NCBI GenBank assembly: GCA_965204115.1
Contig: OZ241963.1
Span: 306,489 to 370,488 of the forward strand
Length of the DNA: 64,000 bases
Direction of reading: 5' to 3'
DNA from: Minisyncoccota bacterium
GTDB taxonomy: Bacteria; Patescibacteriota; Minisyncoccia; Phycocordibacterales; JABAAK01
The first letter of the stretch is position 1. Each line of letters begins with the position of its first letter. Positions 1 through 8,970 of this stretch are shown here, in pieces. A program made the translations under genes and the position numbers. The notes beneath the pieces are model-generated. The model had not been told where the DNA came from. It worked only from the letters and a program-made list of their open reading frames with translations, and did not search any database.

Positions 1-1211
1 GGTATGCCGTACTTGAATGCCTGTAAATAGAACCCGAACTCTTTTTCCGGCTCTATGTCCGGCAGCTTTTCTTTTATTTTTCGTATCAATTCATCATACT
101 CGTGTACCCGCTGCCCTCCGCTGGTTATTTCTACCCCGCGAAAGAGGAGATCAAAGCTTTTCGTATACCCCGGATCGTCCGCATCATCGTAGGTGTACCA
201 CGGTCGCTTTTCGGTCGGGTAGTGGGTGACGAATATGCAGTCGGATCCGTGCTCTTTCAGTGCGTACTCGCATAATTGCCGCTCGTGCTCCGGCGACAGG
301 TCCGGCTCGCCGACGCAGTCGTCTCCGAATTCTTTTTTAATTATCTCCTGCGCCTCAACCAACTTCACTATTGGAAACGGCTTTTCGGGGAATGTCGGCA
401 GCGTCGCCCCTAACACCTCAATTTCCCGCTTTGCTTTCTCCGCCACGGTGGCAACCATGTGCCGCACAACTCCCTCCAGCATACTGGTCACATCAGTGTG
501 GTCAGTGATGTATCCCATCTCAAAATCCATACTGGTGTACTCGTTCAAATGCCGTGAGGTGCTGTGCTTCTCCGCGCGAAACACATTCCCGATACAAAAT
601 GCCCGCTCAAATACACCGACCATTATCTGCTTATACAACTGCGGACTCGTCGCCAGTGACGCTTTTATATCAAAATAATCAACCGGGAACACTTCCGCGC
701 CGCCCTCCGCATCACCCCCGACAATCTTCGGTGCCTGGAATTCAACAAACCCCTGTGAAGTCAGGTAGTCACGAAACCCCTGCGCGATTAGTGCCTGCAC
801 CCGAAACACCGCACGGTCATCCGCTCGGCGCAAAGTCAGCGGACGATAATCAAACCGCGTATCCAGATTCAAATCCGCCATCTCTAAATCAAACGGCAAT
901 TCCTGCGCCTGCGCCAACACTTCTAATCCATCAACCACAAATTCAATATCTCCATTCAGCCCCTCGGTACGATTCTTCTCCGGTCGCTCCTGCGCCTTCC
1001 CCGTTATCCGCAGCACACTCTCCGGCGACAACTTCTGCGCTTCTGCGAACATGCTATGTGACCCCGGCATAAAACACTGCACTGACCCTGTCCGATCATA
1101 TAAATCAATAAATAGCAGTTTCCCATGATCCCGCACCGCCGCAATTTTTCCGCTGATGCACACCCCCTGCTCCTTATGATCGCTAAGTTTTTCTATTAAA
1201 TGTCGCTCCAT
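1..1211 (-). CDS. aspS: Aspartate--tRNA(Asn) ligase, archaeal-type/non-discriminating AspRS (3' end runs off the window)
   Basis: Manual minus-strand translation (missing from the ORF track): MERHLIEKL...VRDHGKLLFIDLYDRTG (OB fold), LASPQLYKQ, motif 2 FRAEKHSTSRHLNEY, SFDLLFRGVEITSGGQRVH, YLQAFKYGIP. Confidence 0.92.
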   Translation of the reverse strand, partial: MERHLIEKLSDHKEQGVCISGKIAAVRDHGKLLFIDLYDRTGSVQCFMPGSHSMFAEAQKLSPESVLRITGKAQERPEKNRTEGLNGDIEFVVDGLEVLAQAQELPFDLEMADLNLDTRFDYRPLTLRRADDRAVFRVQALIAQGFRDYLTSQGFVEFQAPKIVGGDAEGGAEVFPVDYFDIKASLATSPQLYKQIMVGVFERAFCIGNVFRAEKHSTSRHLNEYTSMDFEMGYITDHTDVTSMLEGVVRHMVATVAEKAKREIEVLGATLPTFPEKPFPIVKLVEAQEIIKKEFGDDCVGEPDLSPEHERQLCEYALKEHGSDCIFVTHYPTEKRPWYTYDDADDPGYTKSFDLLFRGVEITSGGQRVHEYDELIRKIKEKLPDIEPEKEFGFYLQAFKYGI

Positions 1212-1332
1212 AACACAAATAATATACCTTTATAATGATAGGATTAGTATACCACACCCCTCTGTGCTGACAGCACAGCAATGAGCTGTATACAAACCCC
1301 TTCCTCTTGTAAAAATACAAGTATTTTCTACT

Positions 1333-1558
1333 TGCGGAGAGGGAGGGATTCGGCGTCGAGTTTCTAAGCTCGCTATCGCTCGCTAAGAACTCCCTGCCCG
1401 GGCTCGGCGACAATTTCGCTCCACTGCGTTCCGCGAAATCGTAGACCGCCTGCGCCTTTCGAATCCCAACGCAATGCGAAATACTATTCGCATTGCTCCC
1501 TACTCGCAGTGCAAATTCAATTGCACTGCTCCTGCCCAGGCTCAGCGACAACTCTAAC
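1333..1558. mobile_element. 226-bp structured non-coding cassette downstream of tRNA-Ser, bounded by a 20-bp duplicate of the tRNA 3' end
   Basis: TGCGGAGAGGGAGGGATTCG occurs at 1333-1352 and 1559-1578. Internal perfect hairpins at 1471-1496 and 1506-1529; imperfect direct repeat at 1390-1413 / 1529-1551. Confidence 0.6.
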
Positions 1559-1560
1559 TG

Positions 1561-1649
1561 CGGAGAGGGAGGGATTCGAACCCTCGGTGCGGGGTGAACC
1601 GCACACTCGTACTCCAAACGAGCGCCTTCGACCACTCAGCCACCTCTCC
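1561..1649 (-). tRNA. tRNA-Ser(GGA), CCA not encoded
   Basis: Reverse complement GGAGAGGTGGCTGAGTGGTCGAAGGCG-CTCGT-TTGGAGT-ACGAG, long variable arm, GAGGGTTCGAATCCCTC-CCTCTCCG. Confidence 0.95.
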
Positions 1650-1692
1650 TATACCTACACCATACCACAGGACAAGTGTCGGCTGATAGTAT

Positions 1693-2088
1693 TTAATCAA
1701 AGTCAATGACTTCCTCTTTTTTTCCGCTGTTTTGCCGGTCAAGGTAGCTTTGCAGGATGATTGCTGCCGCCTCGGCATCAGTGCCTTTTCCGAGCCGCTC
1801 TGCTGCCTGTGTGGAGAATTGCTCCGGCTCAAACACCACCTTTACCTGCTCCCGCAGTGCTTTGGCGATTTTTTGCACTTCTTTCATAATCGGGTTATCC
1901 GCACCGTCCAGATCAACCGACTCACCAAATACCGCTGTTTCAATGTTGCGTTCGGCGAGGAGTGCTAATAGGTATTCGGTACACTCTTTTCGTTCTATCA
2001 CTGTGAGCGGGAATGCCATTGATCCGCCATCGTCAGACACTGCCACCCCCACTCGTTCTTGTCCTACATCAATACCGAGGCACTTCAT
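1693..2088 (-). CDS. ruvX: YqgF/RuvX family nuclease (putative pre-16S rRNA nuclease)
   Basis: CLGIDVGQERVGVAVSD, EQFSTQAA, DAEAAAIILQSYLD. Confidence 0.9.
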   Translation of the reverse strand: MKCLGIDVGQERVGVAVSDDGGSMAFPLTVIERKECTEYLLALLAERNIETAVFGESVDLDGADNPIMKEVQKIAKALREQVKVVFEPEQFSTQAAERLGKGTDAEAAAIILQSYLDRQNSGKKEEVIDFD

Positions 2089-2105
2089 ACACTCTGGTTG
2101 CGTTC

Positions 2106-2714
2106 TTAACCTTTGCTTGAGACCCTTCTGCGGTAGAAATCAGCCAAAAAGATTCCCTGCGTGAACTGGAGCGCAGGAATACCGATTATAACGAGGCACA
2201 TCACAGCAAAAATCAAGGCAAGCGCTATTGACTTCAGTATAGTGATAAGATAGTCACCGATGTGTGTAAATACCGGTTTTAGAACCTTAACATCAAATGA
2301 TGCAGCGACGGTCTCATGCTGCATAAAGTTTATCATAAGTATCGGAAATACAAAAATCATCAGTATCGCAGTGATGACACCTCCGGCAGTTCCCAGATAT
2401 GCTAGTGCAAGGTAGATGATAGAAATCACAATCATCAGCGGAATAATCTTCAGAAACATAAAAAAGCCGAGCTTTAGATTCTTGCCAAAATGAAACTTCG
2501 GTAGCTGCCTATATTCACCTCTAATAAATTTTTGTGTAATCCATACGCCGTACCCATATATTGCAAATGATCCGACAATCGGTACGAATACCCATAAGAT
2601 ATTAAATATGCGGGAAAATTTTCTGAAAGGATAGGTAAATGCCTGCCCAAAATGAATTTTCTCCGCTGCTGTGCTACCGGAGGTGTTTTGATATTGTTGC
2701 GTGTCCATGTTCAT
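2106..2714 (-). CDS. DUF4013-like integral membrane protein
   Basis: AFTYPF...VPIVG...GY...LPKF pattern; several TM helices. Confidence 0.6.
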   Translation of the reverse strand: MNMDTQQYQNTSGSTAAEKIHFGQAFTYPFRKFSRIFNILWVFVPIVGSFAIYGYGVWITQKFIRGEYRQLPKFHFGKNLKLGFFMFLKIIPLMIVISIIYLALAYLGTAGGVITAILMIFVFPILMINFMQHETVAASFDVKVLKPVFTHIGDYLITILKSIALALIFAVMCLVIIGIPALQFTQGIFLADFYRRRVSSKG

Positions 2715-2885
2715 AAAGGAGTAGTTATAGTATTAATACATTGAGAGTATACCATAACAATTCCCGTTGTAAGACACACTCATACTAATCCACATAATCC
2801 ACTATCATAGCCGGAAAAATAGCGTTATTCTGCTAAAAATCAGCACTATACTACTATAAGAATCTAATGCAAGGAGAGTATTGCG

Positions 2886-3287
2886 ATGAAAGTTGAAAGG
2901 CGCGATGGCGTACTGATGAATTGTGGGAATCAGGTTGAGCTGGTGCTTATATCTATTACCGATATCGATGAAATTGGCGAAGATTCGTTTGCAGGAGATT
3001 TTTTTAAGGAGATTGAAGAAATCTCTTTTAAAGAGTCTGTAAGTATAGTGCTGCTGCACATTAGATCAAGCAATGGTGAGGCTGCTTTCATAACAGCGCT
3101 GGCACTTGATAGGATTCAGGTATATGCAAAGAAGTGCGGGAGGCATGACATTTGCGTGTGTCTTCACAGACCAAGCGCACAAGAATTCAGGAGTGCGAAT
3201 TACTGGACAAAGAGTTTCAGTATTTCCTATGAAAAAATATGCCTGAGAGAAGGAGTGCTTGCGGATGTTGTCGCAGTAAGCGGCTAA
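2886..3287 (+). CDS. Hypothetical protein, possibly STAS-like fold
   Basis: 133-aa ORF with AGGAG upstream and a terminator downstream; alpha/beta pattern only weakly STAS-like. Confidence 0.55.
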   Translation: MKVERRDGVLMNCGNQVELVLISITDIDEIGEDSFAGDFFKEIEEISFKESVSIVLLHIRSSNGEAAFITALALDRIQVYAKKCGRHDICVCLHRPSAQEFRSANYWTKSFSISYEKICLREGVLADVVAVSG

Positions 3288-3313
3288 ATTAGCAATGTTC
3301 CATACCTTACAAT

Positions 3314-3349
3314 AAAAACCTTGTCAAACTAACCGTTGGCAGGGTTTTC
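3314..3349. terminator. Rho-independent terminator between convergent genes
   Basis: AAAACCTTGTCAA...TTGGCAGGGTTTT stem with A/T flanks. Confidence 0.6.
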
Positions 3350-3387
3350 ATTTTGATTAGGTCACTGTGCTCCGCATCAAAACTATG

Positions 3388-4257
3388 CTATTCTCCCCCT
3401 TTGTTTGCAATAGATTGGAATGCTTTCAGGATTTCAACCGGGATAGCGAAGATGACGGTATTTGACTGATCGGAACTGAGGTCGTTGAGGGAATGGAGGG
3501 TGCGGAGGTGCAGCGATCCCTCTGACGCGGCAAGGATGGACGCGGCATCTGCGAGATTTTTTGAGGCAATTTTCTCACCCTCTGCCTTGATAATGACAGC
3601 GCGGCGCTCCCGCTCTGCTTCTGCCTCTCTCGCAAGAGTGCGCTTCATATCAGCCGGTAACTCAATGTGTTTCAAATCAACCGACTGCACTTTCACTCCC
3701 CATTTATCAGATGCGACATCAACAATTTTTTGTATCCGTTGCGACACCTCATCCCGCTTGGTCAGCAGCTCATCCAGCGTCACTTCGCCGACCACATCCC
3801 GCATCGTTGTCTGCGCTAATTGTGAAGTTGCCCGCGCGAAGTTCTCAACCTTCAGCACCGCCTTTTCAGCTGATTCAATATAAAAATACAGCACCGCGTT
3901 CACATTGATACTCACATTATCTTTCGTGATACAATCCTGATCCGGCACATCCACCACCTTGATACGCATATCAATAACGGTCATCTGCTGCACCCCGGGA
4001 AACACCCATCGCAGACCGGGTTGTCGCATGCCGGTATACTTTCCAAAAGTCAGTACCACCCCATTTTCATATTGATTAATGATATGCAATCCATACAGCA
4101 AAAAAGCAGTCAGTATTGCCGCCAGTACGCCGGCAACTTCGTTGGACAGCAGGCTGATTAGCAGGTAGGCAATTCCGGCACCAACTACTACAAATACCTG
4201 CCGTACAATCGCGGACTTTGCCACTTCCATACTTTGCTCTATTTCACTATCATTCAT
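3388..4257 (-). CDS. SPFH/band 7 (slipin/stomatin-like) protein
   Basis: QYENGVVLTFGK, ITKDNVSINVNAV, SQLAQTTMR, AEAERERRAVIIKAEGE. Confidence 0.92.
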   Translation of the reverse strand: MNDSEIEQSMEVAKSAIVRQVFVVVGAGIAYLLISLLSNEVAGVLAAILTAFLLYGLHIINQYENGVVLTFGKYTGMRQPGLRWVFPGVQQMTVIDMRIKVVDVPDQDCITKDNVSINVNAVLYFYIESAEKAVLKVENFARATSQLAQTTMRDVVGEVTLDELLTKRDEVSQRIQKIVDVASDKWGVKVQSVDLKHIELPADMKRTLAREAEAERERRAVIIKAEGEKIASKNLADAASILAASEGSLHLRTLHSLNDLSSDQSNTVIFAIPVEILKAFQSIANKGGE

Positions 4258-4295
4258 TGCTCTTAGTGTATCACACAATACATCTCACCGCCCTC

Positions 4296-5288
4296 CTACA
4301 ATACCCCAAGTATTTGTTTTACCTTTGTCAGCCGCTTAGTGAAGAGGGTGTCTAGTTTTTTTCGGTCGTGTGCCAGTATTTTTTCAAGATATTTTGTATC
4401 GTTGCTGATTTTTTCATATGTTTCCCGTGCGTCTTTGAAGTATGTGAGGTATTGCTCCGCCAGCAATTCTTTCAGTTCTTTGTAGGTGATGTCTCCCTTG
4501 CTGCAGCGATTGACCACCGTACCGTATTCCTCGCGGGGCATTATTTTTTCAAGATATGTGCACGGCAGACAGGTTTCCACATTGATCGGTTCGCCCTTTG
4601 GTGTTGAGTCGGTAACAATACTCATTATTCGTTTGCGCAGCTCTGCCTCATCGGCAAAAATCGGCAGCGTGTTCCCTTTTGACTTGCTCATCTTCTCGCC
4701 GTCTAAACCGGGGATGACTGCAACCTCTTTCTGTATCTGTTCCTGAGGTTCCGTAAAGCACACTTCACGCGCGGTGTGGTTAAATTTACGTGCCATCTCT
4801 CGTGCCATCTCCACATGCTGCGCCTGATCCTGCCCTACCGGCACCACCTCAGCGTCGGCAATTAAAATATCCGCCGCCATGAGCGCAGGGTACAGAAATA
4901 CTCCCAATCCGACATTCTGCTTTTCCTGCGCCGCATCCTTATACGCGTGCCCGATGGTCAAAAAATTATGTTTCAGCATACACGCAATGATCCACATCAA
5001 CTCGGTTACCTGCGGAAAATCCGATTGCCGATATACCATTGACTTTTTTGGATCTATCCCCAGTGCGATGCTTGCTGCGAGTAAGTGCCGGCTGTTTTTT
5101 GATCGCTCTGCGGCACTTTGCGGCGCCTGCTCATCACTTAAGTCTGTCAATGCATGCAGATCAGCGATGAAAAAATACAATTCGCCGGCATCCTGTGCCT
5201 CTACCATTTGCCGTACTGCGCCGAAATAGTTCCCTATATGCAAATCTCCCGTCGGCTGCAGCCCTGTCAAAATCCGTTTTTTAGCCAT
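4296..5288 (-). CDS. trpS: Tryptophan--tRNA ligase
   Basis: TGLQPTGDLHIGNY (HIGH), YPALMAADIL, VPVGQDQ, KMSKS. Confidence 0.97.
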   Translation of the reverse strand: MAKKRILTGLQPTGDLHIGNYFGAVRQMVEAQDAGELYFFIADLHALTDLSDEQAPQSAAERSKNSRHLLAASIALGIDPKKSMVYRQSDFPQVTELMWIIACMLKHNFLTIGHAYKDAAQEKQNVGLGVFLYPALMAADILIADAEVVPVGQDQAQHVEMAREMARKFNHTAREVCFTEPQEQIQKEVAVIPGLDGEKMSKSKGNTLPIFADEAELRKRIMSIVTDSTPKGEPINVETCLPCTYLEKIMPREEYGTVVNRCSKGDITYKELKELLAEQYLTYFKDARETYEKISNDTKYLEKILAHDRKKLDTLFTKRLTKVKQILGVL

Positions 5289-5313
5289 AGTGTACTCAGT
5301 ATACCACCTTCAG

Positions 5314-7644
5314 TTACCTAATCCTCAGCACTTCCTCTGCGACATAGGCACCCTCTTCGGTGTTGGCGATTGCGCGGATGGTAACTTCTCGTTCGTTTTT
5401 GTCCAGTAACTTACTCGGGTCAAAGCTGAGCAGCGGGAGGTGTGATGATCCAATGAGGATGCTGTTGACATAGAATTCGTACTGGACATTTCGCACCGGC
5501 AACTTTGACAGGACGATAGTGGTGATCTCATCCAGATAGACGGTTGACCGAGGTGCTTTGATGGAAAAGTTTTTTTCAGTGTTTCCTCCGTTGAAGTCGT
5601 AATCGCCCTCTATCTCATTTTCCTCCAGCCAATTCTGCACGCCGTATTCCCAATACTCGTATTGCGGATCCTCTAAAGGATCATGCGGGCTTTGTGTCGG
5701 TCTGTCTCGCCGGATGTAATGCAGTATTGTGTGTGGGTCATCGGCGTCTATCCTGCCGAGTACTATTTCCGGAGACAGTTCCGGCGGAATAGTATTTCGT
5801 GTAAAGTATGACCCCGGCTCTCCATATTGCCCGGATACTGTTGTAACTATCTGCCTGAGTAGTGGCGCGAGATAAAACCCTGCAGCGTTGTTTTCCAGCG
5901 GTGTGTTATCCGAATTACCCGCCCATATCAGTACGACAATATCGGGAGAATATCCGACTATCCAAATATCACGAGAGTTGTTTGTTGTTCCGGTTTTCAC
6001 CGCGGTCGGCGGGTCGGTTATGTACATCGCTGAACCTCTGCCAAACACCGGCGCTCGCGCATCATCATCAAAGAGCATGTCGGTGATGTCTTGTGCTACA
6101 TTTCGTGCTAATACTCGCTTTTCTGCTTCCTTTTCTCCGTACTTCCATACATACGGCACCAGCACACCTTCGTTTGCAAATACACCATACGCCTGTGCCA
6201 TCTCCAGTGGTGATACTTCCGCACCGCCGAGCACTAAGCTTAGTCCATAGTGATTTTGTCCGTGTATCAGCGAGGTGATACCCATTTTCTTTGCCTGCCG
6301 AATCACCTCCGGCACATCCGCGAGATATAGTACCTTCACGGCCGGCACATTGATAGATTGCGCGAGCGCGTTCCGCAGTGATATCGGCCCGACAAAATTC
6401 CCGGTGTAGTTAATGGGTGAGTAACAGCCGCTTTTGGTGCTTTCAAACTGATCTTTTTCACAGAATGCGGTAAACTGTGTCGGCACATCGTATACAATTG
6501 TCCGCGGTGTGAGCCCTTTCTCAATCGCCTTGGCGTACGCTATCGGCTTGAACGTTGATCCCGGCTGCCGAAGCGAGGTGATGATGTTCACCCGCCCATC
6601 CACGGTATTGTCAAAAAAGTCCCGTGACCCGACCATAGAAAGAATCTCACCTGTTTTTGCTGAAAGCACAACGGACGCTATGTTGCTAACCTCAAACTGC
6701 TCTTCCAGATTTGTTTCTATAAATTCCCGCATCATCTTCTCAACCTCCTCCTGCAGTGCGACATCAATAGTTGTCTTGATCTGCTGCCCTTCAATATTTT
6801 TTAGTCCGGCACCATGCTCTTTCTCTAACTGCTCTTTTACGAAGAACACAAAATGCGGCGCGCGAATAGAAAAAGTGTCTTGGCTCTGAAAGTATACCTC
6901 CTCCGCCCGTGCCGCGCGATACTCATCCCTTGTTATGAGGTTGTGTCTCAGCATTAATTGTAGCACCTGATTTTTCCGCGCTTCAAGTGCTTTTCTGTTC
7001 CGCCCGTACGGCGAGTAGTAGGTCGGCGCTTTTGGAATTGCCGCGAGGTATGCTGACTCCGCAATCGTCAGCTCGCTCGCCTTTTTCCCGTAGAATGATT
7101 TGCTCGCTTCTGCCACTCCATAGGAGACACCGCCGTAGGATATGGTGTTGAGGTACATTTCAAGAATCTCCTCTTTCCCCAGCTGTTGCTCCAGTTTTAT
7201 CGCCAGCAGAAACTCTTTCATCTTTCGCTCTATCTTTTTCTCGGTGGTAAGAAACACATTTTTAACTACCTGCTGCGTGATCGTTGACCCACCCTGACTA
7301 AAGGACAGTGTGCGGATATTGTTGATGAGTGCGCGCAAAAACGCGTCAATACGAATGCCGTTATGCTCAAAAAACAGGTGGTCCTCTATTGCGATGGTCG
7401 CCTCAATCACATGCTCTGATATTTCCCCGTACGGCACAAAAGTCCGCTTCTCGTTAACAGAAAAATCAAACAAGAATTCGTCGTTCCGGTCGGTGAGTAT
7501 GACGGACTGCTTAGACGCGACATTGCGTATATCCACACCGGGCAATGGAGTAAATGTGTAGAATAGTGTTACATACCCCGCAGTAAAAAATGCCGCCGAC
7601 AGCGACAGGAGAGCGACATTTTTAATAGTGAGAAACTTTTTCAC
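5314..7644 (-). CDS. Class A penicillin-binding protein (transglycosylase/transpeptidase, PBP1A family)
   Basis: EDHLFFEHNG, GGSTITQQ, RKMKE; SxxK (STFK), SIN, KTGT. Confidence 0.95.
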   Translation of the reverse strand: MKKFLTIKNVALLSLSAAFFTAGYVTLFYTFTPLPGVDIRNVASKQSVILTDRNDEFLFDFSVNEKRTFVPYGEISEHVIEATIAIEDHLFFEHNGIRIDAFLRALINNIRTLSFSQGGSTITQQVVKNVFLTTEKKIERKMKEFLLAIKLEQQLGKEEILEMYLNTISYGGVSYGVAEASKSFYGKKASELTIAESAYLAAIPKAPTYYSPYGRNRKALEARKNQVLQLMLRHNLITRDEYRAARAEEVYFQSQDTFSIRAPHFVFFVKEQLEKEHGAGLKNIEGQQIKTTIDVALQEEVEKMMREFIETNLEEQFEVSNIASVVLSAKTGEILSMVGSRDFFDNTVDGRVNIITSLRQPGSTFKPIAYAKAIEKGLTPRTIVYDVPTQFTAFCEKDQFESTKSGCYSPINYTGNFVGPISLRNALAQSINVPAVKVLYLADVPEVIRQAKKMGITSLIHGQNHYGLSLVLGGAEVSPLEMAQAYGVFANEGVLVPYVWKYGEKEAEKRVLARNVAQDITDMLFDDDARAPVFGRGSAMYITDPPTAVKTGTTNNSRDIWIVGYSPDIVVLIWAGNSDNTPLENNAAGFYLAPLLRQIVTTVSGQYGEPGSYFTRNTIPPELSPEIVLGRIDADDPHTILHYIRRDRPTQSPHDPLEDPQYEYWEYGVQNWLEENEIEGDYDFNGGNTEKNFSIKAPRSTVYLDEITTIVLSKLPVRNVQYEFYVNSILIGSSHLPLLSFDPSKLLDKNEREVTIRAIANTEEGAYVAEEVLRIR

Positions 7645-7665
7645 AATACTAACAGGATACTCTAT

Positions 7666-8154
7666 TTATGACTGATGGGAAAGCAGTGGTGCGGATACGA
7701 GATGGGTAATGCCGACGGCGATAGCGTCATACTCATCATCGTGCCGCTTCTTGTGATCGAGAGCAATTAGTCGCGGCACCATGCGGATCATGTCTTGCTT
7801 GCCGGCATTGCCATTGCCGGTAATCGCACTTTTCACCTGATTCGGCGTGTATTCAGCGACTGACAAATTGCACTCTTTAGCCGTGTAGATGCATACTCCG
7901 CGAACCTCTGCTGTTTGCAGGGCGGTTTTCTTATTTTTCGCAAAAAATAGCCGCTCTATTGCCATGCAGTCCGGCTGATAGGTTTGTATGATGTTTTGCT
8001 CCCGGTCACCGACCTGCGTTAACCGCTCCTCAAACAGCAAATCTTTCTCTGTCTCAAAACACTCTGAAAATAACAGATTGGTTTTCCCACCTTCTTTTGT
8101 CAACACGGCAAAGCCAATGCGTCCGTATCCTGGGTCTATGGCGAGTACCTTCAT
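7666..8154 (-). CDS. ruvC: Crossover junction endodeoxyribonuclease RuvC
   Basis: LAIDPGY, AIERLFF, YTPNQVK..ITGNG.A.K, DDEYDAIAV. Confidence 0.95.
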   Translation of the reverse strand: MKVLAIDPGYGRIGFAVLTKEGGKTNLLFSECFETEKDLLFEERLTQVGDREQNIIQTYQPDCMAIERLFFAKNKKTALQTAEVRGVCIYTAKECNLSVAEYTPNQVKSAITGNGNAGKQDMIRMVPRLIALDHKKRHDDEYDAIAVGITHLVSAPLLSHQS

Positions 8155-8155
8155 A

Positions 8156-8686
8156 CTATGCTCTGTTGGTGAGTATTTCCTGCGTGTCCTCCTGCTCTTC
8201 TAATGCGGCAACTAATGCATTCAGTTTTGCCATATCCTCCTCTGACAGTGGCACCGTAGTATTCGGCACAAGTTGCTCCCCCTGCTTTTCAAACACCCAT
8301 GCCGCTGACCCCGGCGTGCCGACAGTATACCCATTTTTCGTAACAATGTGCCGAATTTCTGCCGCCGTACGGTTCTTACTGTCCGTTAGGGTGTTGATCA
8401 GTATAGCGCACCCACCCGGACCATACATCTCATAGGTTATCGCCTCCAGTGACTCCGCGTCGCTTTCACTTCCCCGTGCGATTGCCCGATCAATATTTTG
8501 TGCCGGCATGTTTGCCGCTTTTGCCTGCTCAATCGCTGACTTTAATGAAGGACTGCTCCGATCCCCGCCACATTTCTTAGACTCAACCGTCAGCAGTTTT
8601 GCCAACTTACTAAACACCTTACTCTTCTGCGCATCAGTCCCCGCTTTCTTATGCTTAATTTTTGACCACTTATTATGCCCGGCCAT
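8156..8686 (-). CDS. yebC: YebC/PmpR family protein (short form)
   Basis: MAGHNKWSKIKHKK, YEMYGPGG, TDSKNRT. Confidence 0.93.
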   Translation of the reverse strand: MAGHNKWSKIKHKKAGTDAQKSKVFSKLAKLLTVESKKCGGDRSSPSLKSAIEQAKAANMPAQNIDRAIARGSESDAESLEAITYEMYGPGGCAILINTLTDSKNRTAAEIRHIVTKNGYTVGTPGSAAWVFEKQGEQLVPNTTVPLSEEDMAKLNALVAALEEQEDTQEILTNRA

Positions 8687-8720
8687 AGTAGTATTAGTAT
8701 ACCAATAAAACCATTTTTTG

Positions 8721-8804
8721 TTAGAGTGATTGCAGGTAGGCGATGCCTTTCTCAGTGATGCTCCGTCCTCGCGGTGTTCGCTTTATAAATCCTGCTTGTA
8801 GGAG
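8721..8804 (-). pseudogene. Second, synonymously diverged copy of the last 27 codons plus stop of ruvB
   Basis: Encodes LLQAGFIKRTPRGRSITEKGIAYLQSL* versus LIQAGFLKRTPRGRSITEKGIAYLQSL* at 8971-9054; 64/84 nt identical by hand count. Confidence 0.9.
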
Positions 8805-8964
8805 CAAAGCAACTAGTATGTTGCTTTGCGAGTAAGGTGCGACTGTCAAGTCGCACACTAAAATGACTAGTATGTTGCTTTGCGAGTAATGTGCGACTGT
8901 CAAGTCGCACACTAAAATGAATTACATTTCTCTTCACGAGTAGGTGTGCATTGTATTGCACACC
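8798..8964. repeat. REP-like hairpin array with 54-bp tandem repeat
   Basis: 54-bp units at 8812-8865 and 8866-8919 (1 mismatch) plus a degenerate third unit; hairpins at 8804-8829, 8837-8856, 8890-8911 and 8943-8964. Confidence 0.85.
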
Positions 8965-8970
8965 GCAGGT

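Noticed and set aside
17-1072. Plus-strand ORFs here and the many long antisense ORFs elsewhere (e.g. 9833-10600, 25518-26477, 63455-63760)
   Set aside because: Shadows of well-supported genes on the opposite strand (aspS, pilB-like, topA and others).
1183-1832. ORFs 1183-1635, 1509-1709 and 1554-1832
   Set aside because: They overlap the tRNA and structured cassette and have no protein-like features.
8812-8919. Possible CRISPR array
   Set aside because: Units are contiguous and near-identical with no unique spacers, and no cas genes are present.
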